Source: an uncultured virus (IMG/VR IMGVR_UViG_2791355164_000002) (taxonomy: Duplodnaviria > Heunggongvirae > Uroviricota > Caudoviricetes). Taken from it: 64,000 nucleotides of DNA. Position 1 is the stretch's first letter. Each line of letters begins with the position of its first letter. The position numbers were made by a program, and so were the translations under genes. Location of the stretch: IMG/VR virus record IMGVR_UViG_2791355164_000002. One strand, written 5' to 3'. Below, piece after piece: positions 47,352 to 56,519 of this stretch. Below the pieces are notes generated by a model. It made no database searches. It saw only the letters and a program-made list of their open reading frames with translations, and had not been told where the DNA came from.

Positions 47352-48065
47352 ATGAACCAGCAAATTAAAAACGCCATATTTGAGCACGCAAAACTAGATT
47401 ACCCGTCAGAATGTTGCGGCGTCATGGTCCAGAATAGCGAGCAGGAGTTTTATTTTCCCTGCCAGAACCTTTCCGCCAGCCCGACTGATCAGTTCATTCT
47501 CAATCCCAAAGACTTCGCCGCCGCTGAGGATTTAGGCGTCATTTCTGCGATTGTGCATAGCCATCCAGACGCCACCACGCAACCGAGTCAGCTCGATCGG
47601 GCGATGTGTGATGATTCCTGTGTACCGTGGGTCATCGTGAGCTGGCCTGAAGGGGATTTGAAATGGATTTATCCTCGGGGTGAATTACCGCTTATCGAAC
47701 GTCCGTTTGTGCTCGGTCACACGGATTGCTGGGGGCTGGTGATGAGCTACTTTCGGCAGGTTCACGGCATCGAACTTCACGATTACCGCGTTAATTTTCC
47801 GTGGTGGGAAGATGGCCACCCTGAAAACCTTTATCGGGATAACTGGTTTGATTGCGGATTTCGGGAATTTGTCGGCAAACCTCAACCTGGCGACCTCATT
47901 ATGATGCAGATCCAAAGTAAGAAGTGGAACCACGCGGGCATCTATCTCGAAGGGAACATGATGCTTCATCATCTTTATGGCCGTCCCAGCAATCGAACCC
48001 CTTACGGCGGGTACTGGCGGGAAAGGACGATCAAGATTGTCAGGTATCACACACTTTTTGAGTAA
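47352..48065 (+). CDS. Tail tip protein K (JAB plus NlpC/P60)
   Basis: ECCG, VHSHPD, PSQLD, DCWGL, NHAGIY, LHH. Confidence 0.93.
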   Translation: MNQQIKNAIFEHAKLDYPSECCGVMVQNSEQEFYFPCQNLSASPTDQFILNPKDFAAAEDLGVISAIVHSHPDATTQPSQLDRAMCDDSCVPWVIVSWPEGDLKWIYPRGELPLIERPFVLGHTDCWGLVMSYFRQVHGIELHDYRVNFPWWEDGHPENLYRDNWFDCGFREFVGKPQPGDLIMMQIQSKKWNHAGIYLEGNMMLHHLYGRPSNRTPYGGYWRERTIKIVRYHTLFE

Positions 48066-48186
48066 AATGAAAGGTTTTATGAGGATGTTCAGTGGAATGA
48101 CTAACCGCTTTTTCGCATTAAAAGAAAAATCTGCGATGATCATGACGGTAAACTATCTGTAAACAAAAATGCTTCACAGGTTTATC

Positions 48187-48615
48187 ATGAAAAAAACAGG
48201 TCTTCTCTTACTCAGCGCGTTAATGTTAGCCGGATGCGCAACGTCGCCTGTCAGTCCTTCTCAGGCGAAACACGTTCCCGCCGATCGGATTTCCTATCAT
48301 GGCAAAGGCGATGCCGCGATCACCATTACCCGCGATACTGGTTATATGATGGGCGGATGTTATGGCGTGCCTACGCTTGACGGAATGGATATTGCGCGAA
48401 TCGATACCGGCGAAACCCTTACCATCGCCGTTCCTCATGGTGATCATTTATTAGGTTTCAAAGGCGATGATCAAGGCCGTGGATTGTGTTCAGTGTCCGC
48501 TGATAGTCTTTTCAAAGAGATTTCCGTGACCTTAAAACCTCATGAAACGAAACGCTTTCGGATTTCCTCAATCGGTGATGATCCCTTAGGCATCCATCCC
48601 ACGTCTATCAAGTAA
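48187..48615 (+). CDS. Moron lipoprotein
   Basis: MKK...LAGC lipobox; own terminator. Confidence 0.85.
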   Translation: MKKTGLLLLSALMLAGCATSPVSPSQAKHVPADRISYHGKGDAAITITRDTGYMMGGCYGVPTLDGMDIARIDTGETLTIAVPHGDHLLGFKGDDQGRGLCSVSADSLFKEISVTLKPHETKRFRISSIGDDPLGIHPTSIK

Positions 48616-48722
48616 CACAAACCCGCTTCGGCGGGTTTTTTGATTGACGCACACGGGTTTATTTTTTTACTTTTGCCCCTCTTATATGTATATTAAAGAT
48701 GTACATAACAAGAGGTCATCTT

Positions 48723-48932
48723 ATGCAAATGAGTAGCGCAGAAGCCCGTCAGAACATGGCGGAAATCATGAACGGAACTGAGGATGTCGTGTTAACCCAA
48801 CGCGGAAAACCTCTGAAGGCGGTCATTTCGTTTGAAGATTATGAGGCCTTTAAACGGTTGAAAATCGAACAGGAATTGAGTTTCATCTTTGAGCGGCATG
48901 GTGATGTGATCGAGGCACTTTCCGATCGATGA
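48723..48932 (+). CDS. phd: Phd/YefM antitoxin
   Basis: SSAEARQNMAE..VVLTQRGKP.KAVISFEDYE; overlaps doc. Confidence 0.88.
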   Translation: MQMSSAEARQNMAEIMNGTEDVVLTQRGKPLKAVISFEDYEAFKRLKIEQELSFIFERHGDVIEALSDR

Positions 48933-49306
48933 AACTGATCGATGGGAAAGGGATCATAGAGGCGCACGACTATATTTTAAGGCGTTCGCCTGGCTTATCG
49001 GGCATATCTGATGCAGGTCGAGCGGAATCTGTCGCCTTTCGCATTAATAATGCGCTCTCTTATGGTGAGATCGAGCCAGATCTTTTTGTGATTGCTGGTC
49101 TATATACAGTCGCTATCGCAAGAGGACATATTTTTAATGATGGCAATAAGCGGACGGCGTTTGTTGTGGCAATGCAATTTCTCTTATGCAATGGCATAAC
49201 GCTGCGAAATGACCGCGATGTTCTTGAGAGCGCGATTGTCGAAGCTGCAACAGGTGAGGCTGACTATATGCAACTTGCCGCCATTTTCAGATCGTTACAA
49301 GTCTGA
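48929..49306 (+). CDS. doc: Doc toxin (Fic family)
   Basis: HIFNDGNKRTA motif. Confidence 0.92.
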   Translation: MKLIDGKGIIEAHDYILRRSPGLSGISDAGRAESVAFRINNALSYGEIEPDLFVIAGLYTVAIARGHIFNDGNKRTAFVVAMQFLLCNGITLRNDRDVLESAIVEAATGEADYMQLAAIFRSLQV

Positions 49307-49415
49307 TAATACGTTTCTTTAAACCCGCTTCGGCGGGTTTTTTATTAGGGCAGGCATTGAGTCAGTCAGCGTTCATTCTTGAAGGGATGGGTGAAATCCG
49401 TTTCATTCCTTTCCC

Positions 49416-50171
49416 TCATATAGCGAGTTGTAATGGATTTTGGACGCGATCCGCTTTCCCGGAATACCTCAATTCACCCGGACTGTTATGCGATTCGATA
49501 CGCTCAACCATCAACGCCGCGCGTGTTTCTTTTGAGGCGGGCGCATAAGCGCCTTTCCAGGCCTTATCGATGCCGATGTTCCTTGCAACGTTTGTACTGT
49601 CAGCACTGGCAAGCGGCAGTTCAGTGAATATTTGCGGATTGAGCATCCGTAAACCGTGGAGCTTCGCAATCGGCTGATTATGCGTGTCGGTAACATGCCG
49701 AATGATGTCTTTCATGCGCGCCACAGCGATTTTTGGCCGTGAAACGTCATATTCTCCGCAACTGCCAATCGCGACCCGGTGATATACCGAACACAGGCGA
49801 ATAAACCGCTCTGGACTTTCGTTCATATGCCAGACCGGCACGCCGGAAAAATCGCCGTGAGGCCATTCCTCAAGCAGGGCATCATTCTCTGATTCGCCGC
49901 CGTCGATAACGTCAGGGATGATCGCAAAATCGAATCCCGGATGATTTTTCCAGCGCGCCACAAACTCATAATAATCGTCCCAGTCTGTTTTGTTCCCCCC
50001 AGCGGCTTTCCATGCCGTAAACGCGCCGTTGTCCAGTGCGAATGACTGGCAGTATTCAGACGCGAGATGAATTTGTTTGGGGTAAGCAAAAGAGATAAAC
50101 GCATGACGGGCTTTCCATGCACGGATGGCGCAGGTCTCAGGCGTAATGGGACCGCCGTGATAATGAATCAT
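49416..50171 (-). CDS. Phage protein with TGT/DpdA-like motifs (putative)
   Basis: FALDNGAF, PDVIDG, PVWH, LHGLRM, SADSTN. Confidence 0.45.
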   Translation of the reverse strand: MIHYHGGPITPETCAIRAWKARHAFISFAYPKQIHLASEYCQSFALDNGAFTAWKAAGGNKTDWDDYYEFVARWKNHPGFDFAIIPDVIDGGESENDALLEEWPHGDFSGVPVWHMNESPERFIRLCSVYHRVAIGSCGEYDVSRPKIAVARMKDIIRHVTDTHNQPIAKLHGLRMLNPQIFTELPLASADSTNVARNIGIDKAWKGAYAPASKETRAALMVERIESHNSPGELRYSGKADRVQNPLQLAI

Positions 50172-50267
50172 TTCTTCACGCTCTTCATTAAAAACTCCAG
50201 GAGAGGTTATGAAGACACTAATTGAAGCACAGGTTACGTGGACATACCACGTTCACGAGGTAACAGC

Positions 50268-50741
50268 ATGAATCTGAACGTTCAATTTTCAGATGAAGAG
50301 CGAAAGCTCATCATTAATATACTTGAGCATGAAGAGAAGAAGCTTGAGGTTAAGCGGTTGCCTTCGCCATATCGGCGTAAGGTTCTCAAGTTATGTGCTC
50401 AGTTGATTCGGAAGAGTCGGAAAACCCAACCGGTTTCATTCGAACAACTTCTGGGGGCAATTGTTACTGATGATGAACTCTCACGGATCAGATTCGTTCA
50501 AACCCCGAAACTCAGCCATCACGTCTCGTTAACGGAAGATGAGAAGAGAGACGTTCAAGAAAAAATTAACAAGGCTGAAATAAATTCTCCAAAGGGTGGA
50601 TTCAGCAAACATGACCGCGAGATTGTTAAAGCTAAAGCAGTCAAAATTGTTCTGAGAAAACGCAAAACCATGCAATCTAAAGAAGAAGAAAAAAAAGATT
50701 CTTCATTCAAATGGAAAAAACCGACACCTTTTCGTCGCTGA
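50268..50741 (+). CDS. Hypothetical basic protein
   Basis: Lys-rich; GAGG upstream of ATG 50268. Confidence 0.6.
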   Translation: MNLNVQFSDEERKLIINILEHEEKKLEVKRLPSPYRRKVLKLCAQLIRKSRKTQPVSFEQLLGAIVTDDELSRIRFVQTPKLSHHVSLTEDEKRDVQEKINKAEINSPKGGFSKHDREIVKAKAVKIVLRKRKTMQSKEEEKKDSSFKWKKPTPFRR

Positions 50742-50928
50742 TTTATCAAAAAGGATCACGCATGGTGGGTTATAAATCCTTAGCTTAAGTCTCATTGAGA
50801 TAAAAGCAAGCCGAAGCTGGTTAATGTTAAACGTGATTATTCAGATATTTGATAATGCTTTTGTTGATCAGGGGAAGAGGCGCATAGATTGAGCATTTTT
50901 CTGTTTCACAGAACAATAAAATACCGGC

Positions 50929-51287
50929 GCTGCGCTTTCGGATGTGTGTCGGGAGCGTGAGTTGTCGGCAGACAGAAGAAAGCCCCAGCGAATTTTTCAA
51001 CTCAACTGGGGCCGGTTTCATGCCTAGACAACATGATTCTAGCCCCTTACCCGCCGTAAGGCAATTAAGGAGGCTCAAAATGCTAAACAAGGCGACAGCG
51101 ATAGCTGTCCTGATCTGTCTCACCATCCTCGCGAGTGTGTGGTTAGAACGAGACAGACTTTGTGATTTTCGTGTGAAAACGAAGCTCATCGAGGTCGATG
51201 CAGGTTTGAGCTACGAACTTAAACGGTAAGGGGCTGATAGCGGCGGTTCGCCGCCGCTTATTTGTCTGGCTTTCCGAACAGCGCAGC
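50929..51287 (+). other. hok/sok-type type I toxin-antitoxin locus 2
   Basis: GCTGCGCTTTCGGA (50929) pairs with TCCGAACAGCGCAGC (51273); leader similar to locus 1. Confidence 0.8.
51080..51229 (+). CDS. Hok/Gef-family toxin 2
   Basis: MLNKATAIAVLICLTILASVWLERDRLCDFRVKTKLIEVDAGLSYELKR. Confidence 0.9.
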   Translation: MLNKATAIAVLICLTILASVWLERDRLCDFRVKTKLIEVDAGLSYELKR

Positions 51288-51323
51288 AAACCCGCCTTGA
51301 GCGGGTTTTTTTGTGGGTGAAAT

Positions 51324-51923
51324 ATGGCTGAAGTAATGACCCGAATCGAACTGGGCGGGGTGCTCGGTCGAACCTTCGGGAAAGTGCATTATCGTTCTAT
51401 CACGCGAACGCAGGAAGCTGCGCGCGCGCTCGCCGCCACGATTAAAGGGTTTGAATCTTTCATGATCACCAGCAAGCGACGCGGCCTGACCTTCTCGGTT
51501 TTCAAAGACAAGACAAACATCAGCTTCGAAGAGCTGAGTTATCCCGTTACCGGCGAGACGATCAAGATAGTGCCGGTCCTCATTGGCAGTAAACGCAGCG
51601 GTCTTTTTCAGACGATCATCGGGGCGGTGCTGGTGGTGGTCGGCGTGGCCATCAGTTACTTCACGGGCGGAACAGCATCAGCCGTTGGAGCGGGGATTGC
51701 GAAGTTTGGCGGGGCGATGTTGATAGGCGGGGTGATCCAGATGCTATCCCCACAACCGCCTGGTCTCGCGCATAAGGATGATGCAGACAATGCGCCGTCA
51801 TATGCCTTTGGCCCCGCCGTGAATACCGCCGCTCAAGGTTATCCCGTGCCACTTCTTTATGGCAGGCGTCGCATCGGTGGTGCGGTTATCTCCGCCGGAG
51901 TTTATGTTGAAGACCAGCAATAA
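51324..51923 (+). CDS. Tail assembly protein I, copy 1
   Basis: IELGGVLGRTFG...PSYAFG..NT.AQGYPVPLLYG. Confidence 0.92.
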   Translation: MAEVMTRIELGGVLGRTFGKVHYRSITRTQEAARALAATIKGFESFMITSKRRGLTFSVFKDKTNISFEELSYPVTGETIKIVPVLIGSKRSGLFQTIIGAVLVVVGVAISYFTGGTASAVGAGIAKFGGAMLIGGVIQMLSPQPPGLAHKDDADNAPSYAFGPAVNTAAQGYPVPLLYGRRRIGGAVISAGVYVEDQQ

Positions 51924-51932
51924 GGAACACCC

Positions 51933-52523
51933 ATGACTGAAATGCTGACGCGAATCGAGTTGGGTGGCGTGCTGGGTAAAACCTTCGGGAAGGTGCATCA
52001 CCGACTGATTTCCCGCACACAGGAAGCCTGTCCCGCGCTGGCGGCCACCATTAAAGGCTTTGAGAAATACATGATTTCGAGCCGAAAGCGAGGCCTCACG
52101 TTTTCGGTTTTTACAGGCAAACAAAATATCGGTTTCGATGATCTGAAAAAACCTGTCTCAGGTGATGTGATCCGAATCGTGCCGGTCATCATGGGCAGTA
52201 AGCGCGCGGGTCTGCTTCAGACGATTGTCGGTGTGGCGTTAATAGCTATCGCGACCTTCGCGCCGTGGGGTTCAGCCATTGCCGGAAGTAACTTTGTCTT
52301 CCAGGCTGGCGTGGCCGTCACGCTCGGTGGGGTGGTCCAGATGCTTTCTCCTCAGGCGCAGGGCTTATCGTACAAAGACGATTCTGATAATCAGCCGTCA
52401 TATGCCTTTGGCCAGCCCACCAACACCGCCTCTCAGGGCTATCCGGTTCCGCTGCTTTATGGGAAACGGCGAATCGGTGGGGCGATCGTCTCCGCCGGAA
52501 TCTACGTCGAAGACCAGCAATAA
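51933..52523 (+). CDS. Tail assembly protein I, copy 2
   Basis: Full-length paralog of the preceding gene. Confidence 0.92.
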   Translation: MTEMLTRIELGGVLGKTFGKVHHRLISRTQEACPALAATIKGFEKYMISSRKRGLTFSVFTGKQNIGFDDLKKPVSGDVIRIVPVIMGSKRAGLLQTIVGVALIAIATFAPWGSAIAGSNFVFQAGVAVTLGGVVQMLSPQAQGLSYKDDSDNQPSYAFGQPTNTASQGYPVPLLYGKRRIGGAIVSAGIYVEDQQ

Positions 52524-52574
52524 CTTTTGTCATCCGAATAGACCGCCCAGGCGGTCTTTTTTTATGGGCGCGAT

Positions 52575-55500
52575 ATGGCAAAGAAAGAGATTTCAGGTAA
52601 TAAGGGCGGCTCATCCTCGCCACGAACGCCGGTCGAACAGCCGGATGATCTTCAGTCTGTCGCGAAAGAGAAAATCCTTATCGCACTGGGTGAAGGGGAA
52701 TTTGGCGGTGAGTTGACCGGACAGAATATTTTTCTCGATGGCACACCTCTGAATAACGCGGATGGGTCAAGTAACTTCAGCGGGGTGACATGGGAGTTTC
52801 GCCCAGGCACCCAGGACCAGACTTATATTCAGGGTTTGCCGGGAACAGAAAACGAAATTGCGGTGGGAACAGCCATCACAGAAACGTCCGGCTTTACCCG
52901 AACGTTTACGGATTCCACGCTGTCGGCGATACGTCTTCGCATTCAGTGGCCATCGTTGTTCGAACAGGAAGATAACGGGGATCTGAATGGGTATTCGATC
53001 GCCTATAACATCTCGGTCTCAACGGATGGCGGCGCATTTCAGACGGTCATTGATACCGCTGTTACCGGCAAGACAACAACGGGCTATGAGCGAAGCCATC
53101 GCGTCGATTTGCCGCAGGATGGTTCGACATGGACCGTTCGTTTAACCCGAACCACGCCGGTTCAGAATTCCGCGCGCGTCGGCGATACCATGACGCTCGA
53201 AAGCTATACCGAAGTTATCGATGCCAAACTTCGCTATCCGCTGACCGCGCTTCTTTATATGGAATTTGATTCCCGTCAGTTTTCCGGGAACGTTCCTCAA
53301 ATCACCTGTGAGCCGAAAGGGCGAATTATCCGTGTGCCGGATAATTACGATCCAGATGCGCGCACCTATTCAGGCGAATGGGACGGCACGTTTAAATTCG
53401 CGTGGACCGATAATCCTGCCTGGGTCTTTTATGATCTTGTTGTCACCGATCGGTTCGGACTCGGTGACAGGCTGACCGCCGACAACATCGATAAATGGAC
53501 GCTCTATACTGTCGCCCAGTATTGCGATGAGCTGGTTCCAGACGGAAAGGGCGGCAGCGGAACCGAACCGCGTTTTAAATGCGATGTGTATGTTCAGAAC
53601 CGCTCGGATGCTTATACCGTCTTTCGCGACTTTGCGGCGATATTCCGGGGAATGACGTACTGGGCAGGCGATCAGATTGTGGCGCTGGCGGATATGCCGC
53701 GCGATGTCGATTACAACTATACAAACGCCAATGTGATCGATGGTCAGTTTGCTTACTCCAGCTCGAACACCAAAACGCGCTATACCTCAGCACTGGTGTC
53801 TTATTCCGATCCTGATAACGGGTATGCGGATGCGGTTCAGCCGGTGTTTGAACCCGATCTTGTTAACCGTTACAAGACGTTTAATCAGCTCGAACTGACG
53901 GCGATCGCCTGCACCCGCCAGAGCGAAGCAGATCGGCGCGGTCGGTGGGGGATTTTAACCAACGTTCAGGACCGGGTGATCACGTTTCAGGTGGGGCTTG
54001 ATGGTGATATTCCGCTTCCAGGCTATATCATCGCCGTTGCGGATGAATACCTTTCAGGCAGGATTGCCGGTGGGCGAATCCGTTCCGTGAACGGTCGTGT
54101 CATTACTCTCGACAGAACGCCTGATGCGAGTGAAGGCGACAGGCTTCAGCTTAACCTGCCTTCGGGGATTTCTGAGGCGAGAACGATTGAGTCGATCGCT
54201 GAAAACCTTGTGACCGTCTCAACGGCTTATTCAGAAACGCCTGAGGCGGAATCGGTGTGGGTGGTGGAATCCGCCGACGTGCTGGCGCAACTCTATCGCG
54301 TCTCGATGATCTCGATGGACGATGACGGTAATTTCAGCATTACCGGTAGCACTTACGATCCCTCAAAATATGATGCCATCGATACCGGCGCGCAGCTCGA
54401 TTCACGTCCTGTCAGTGTCATTCCCGCAGGCACACAGAATGCCCCACAAAACATCGTGATCGGTGAATACAGCGTGGTGAATCAAGGAATCAGCCTTCAA
54501 ACCATGCGCGTTCAGTGGGATCCGACCGCGAACGCGCTTGCCTATGAGGCACAATGGCGGCGCAATTCGGGTAACTGGATCAATGTGCCGCGCACCTCAA
54601 CGATTTCATTTGAGGTTCCGGCAATCTATACCGGCACTTACACGGTTCGGGTTCGCGCCATTAATGCCGCTGAGATTTCATCTGGCTGGACCACATCTGA
54701 TCCGGTCGAATTAACCGGCAAGGTCGGCAACCCACCGAAGCCACTCGGGTTCAGTGCAACAACGGATATTGTCTGGGGCATCACATTAACCTGGGGATTC
54801 CCGGACAACACCGAAGACACGTTGAAGACCACAATTCAATATGCAACGAATGCCGATGGAACGGATGCCACGTTGCTTTCTGATGTCGCTTATCCCAGCC
54901 ATGTTTATGTGATGCAGGGATTGCTTTCGGGTCAGGGATTCTGGTTCCGCGCGCAGCTGGTGGACAAATCAGGAAATGAGTCAGGCTATACGGACTGGAT
55001 AAGAGGTCAGGCATCGGACAACATCCCAGATATTATCGGCGACATCAGTAATGAGATTGAGGCGTCACCCGCTTTCCAGCAGATGACCGACAACCTCGAT
55101 GACCTCTCTCAGGCGGTTCTTCAGAACTCGCTGGCTAATAACGCCACGAGCAATCTTCAGTTTCAGCAGTATGGCGAGGTGAAGGCCTCAATTCTGACTG
55201 TTCAGACCACGGTTGCCGATAATACTCAGGCACTCGCTGAGCTTGATACGGAAGTTCAGGCTGAATTCGGCGACATTAATTCCTCGATCACAACGGTTCA
55301 ACAAGCCCTTGCCGATGCTCAATCTTCCATAGCGACCTTTGAAACGCAGCTTCAGGCCGTTCAGGATGATACGTCAGCCCTTGTTGATACCAAACTGACC
55401 GCCAACATTCAGGATGATGGAACCGGAACGGCGACGTTCTCGCTTCGTGCGGGTGTGACACGGGGGGGAACGTTTTATGGTGCAGGGTTCGCGCTCGGTG

Positions 55501-56288
55501 TTGCGCCTAATGGTGCGGGTGGCTATACCGCGACCACCATCTTCAACGCCAACCAGTTCGGGATTTATTCAGGTTCCGATCCGAGTCAGTTTCAGCTGGC
55601 GTTCAGCGTCTTCAACGGCCAGACCTTTATTAATCAGGCTTTCATTCAGGACGCCTCGATCACGAATGCGAAGATCGGGGATTTCATTCAGTCGAACAAT
55701 TATGTTTCAGGATCGACAGGCTGGTCCATTAACAAAAACGGCGGTGCTGAATTCAGTGGCGTGACGGTTCGTGGAGACATTGAAGCCACTAGTGGCCATA
55801 TGTCCAACGTCACAATCGATGGAACCTGTGATGTTCAGCTTCTTCGTGCGCAAAACATCCAGGGTGATCTGATTATTGGGTCTGATAGCCGTGGTGAAGG
55901 CAATTTGTTTCATCTTGGTTCACAGCTAAGTAATCCTAATTCAATCGTAAAAGGCCAATTATATTTGATTTGTACATTCCCCGGCGCTCCTTTCCCTCGC
56001 ATTGCGACGTTCACTCAACCCATTCAATTTAATTTCGGTGGTGAAAGAAACGTGGTTGACTTTGTAACTGCAAATGGTTCCGTGGGTTATTCCTTTGAAG
56101 CTGGTAACCAAAGTGGCGCAAGAAATCAAACTGTAACAGTGAATATTCCTGCTTCTTCTTTTGATGCTACTGAGGCGATTTATCTTCGTGTTAATAGCCG
56201 AAATTATAATGGGGCTGTGACATTTACGGGAAACATTCTCGTCATGAGAAGCACTAGCGGAGTGGCCTGGGCGGCAAGTTCGTTCTGA
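52575..56288 (+). CDS. Central tail fibre / host specificity protein J
   Basis: LGEGEF, WTDNPAWVFYD, FRGMTYW, ITNAKIG..IQSNNY..GW.INKNG. Confidence 0.95.
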   Translation: MAKKEISGNKGGSSSPRTPVEQPDDLQSVAKEKILIALGEGEFGGELTGQNIFLDGTPLNNADGSSNFSGVTWEFRPGTQDQTYIQGLPGTENEIAVGTAITETSGFTRTFTDSTLSAIRLRIQWPSLFEQEDNGDLNGYSIAYNISVSTDGGAFQTVIDTAVTGKTTTGYERSHRVDLPQDGSTWTVRLTRTTPVQNSARVGDTMTLESYTEVIDAKLRYPLTALLYMEFDSRQFSGNVPQITCEPKGRIIRVPDNYDPDARTYSGEWDGTFKFAWTDNPAWVFYDLVVTDRFGLGDRLTADNIDKWTLYTVAQYCDELVPDGKGGSGTEPRFKCDVYVQNRSDAYTVFRDFAAIFRGMTYWAGDQIVALADMPRDVDYNYTNANVIDGQFAYSSSNTKTRYTSALVSYSDPDNGYADAVQPVFEPDLVNRYKTFNQLELTAIACTRQSEADRRGRWGILTNVQDRVITFQVGLDGDIPLPGYIIAVADEYLSGRIAGGRIRSVNGRVITLDRTPDASEGDRLQLNLPSGISEARTIESIAENLVTVSTAYSETPEAESVWVVESADVLAQLYRVSMISMDDDGNFSITGSTYDPSKYDAIDTGAQLDSRPVSVIPAGTQNAPQNIVIGEYSVVNQGISLQTMRVQWDPTANALAYEAQWRRNSGNWINVPRTSTISFEVPAIYTGTYTVRVRAINAAEISSGWTTSDPVELTGKVGNPPKPLGFSATTDIVWGITLTWGFPDNTEDTLKTTIQYATNADGTDATLLSDVAYPSHVYVMQGLLSGQGFWFRAQLVDKSGNESGYTDWIRGQASDNIPDIIGDISNEIEASPAFQQMTDNLDDLSQAVLQNSLANNATSNLQFQQYGEVKASILTVQTTVADNTQALAELDTEVQAEFGDINSSITTVQQALADAQSSIATFETQLQAVQDDTSALVDTKLTANIQDDGTGTATFSLRAGVTRGGTFYGAGFALGVAPNGAGGYTATTIFNANQFGIYSGSDPSQFQLAFSVFNGQTFINQAFIQDASITNAKIGDFIQSNNYVSGSTGWSINKNGGAEFSGVTVRGDIEATSGHMSNVTIDGTCDVQLLRAQNIQGDLIIGSDSRGEGNLFHLGSQLSNPNSIVKGQLYLICTFPGAPFPRIATFTQPIQFNFGGERNVVDFVTANGSVGYSFEAGNQSGARNQTVTVNIPASSFDATEAIYLRVNSRNYNGAVTFTGNILVMRSTSGVAWAASSF

Positions 56289-56519
56289 AAAGTATGACAA
56301 TAACTTTATCGACATAGCTTGTCCGTGCAAGTAAGAGCACAGATAAACAAAATATCATTTTTCACTAACTAGCTAATTAACTGAGGCCCGTTAGCCAGGC
56401 TTTTTTATATATTCTTTAACTTTAATTTATTAAATTTTTTTTGTTTTTATAAGAAAAAACTTCTCTCATAGTTAAACGATTTTTCCTTCAGATGATTTAA
56501 ATATAGATAGGGCGAAATT

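Noticed and set aside
50942..51079. N-terminal extension making a 95-aa Hok
   Set aside because: AAGGAGG precedes ATG 51080; the extension is at most a mok-like leader.
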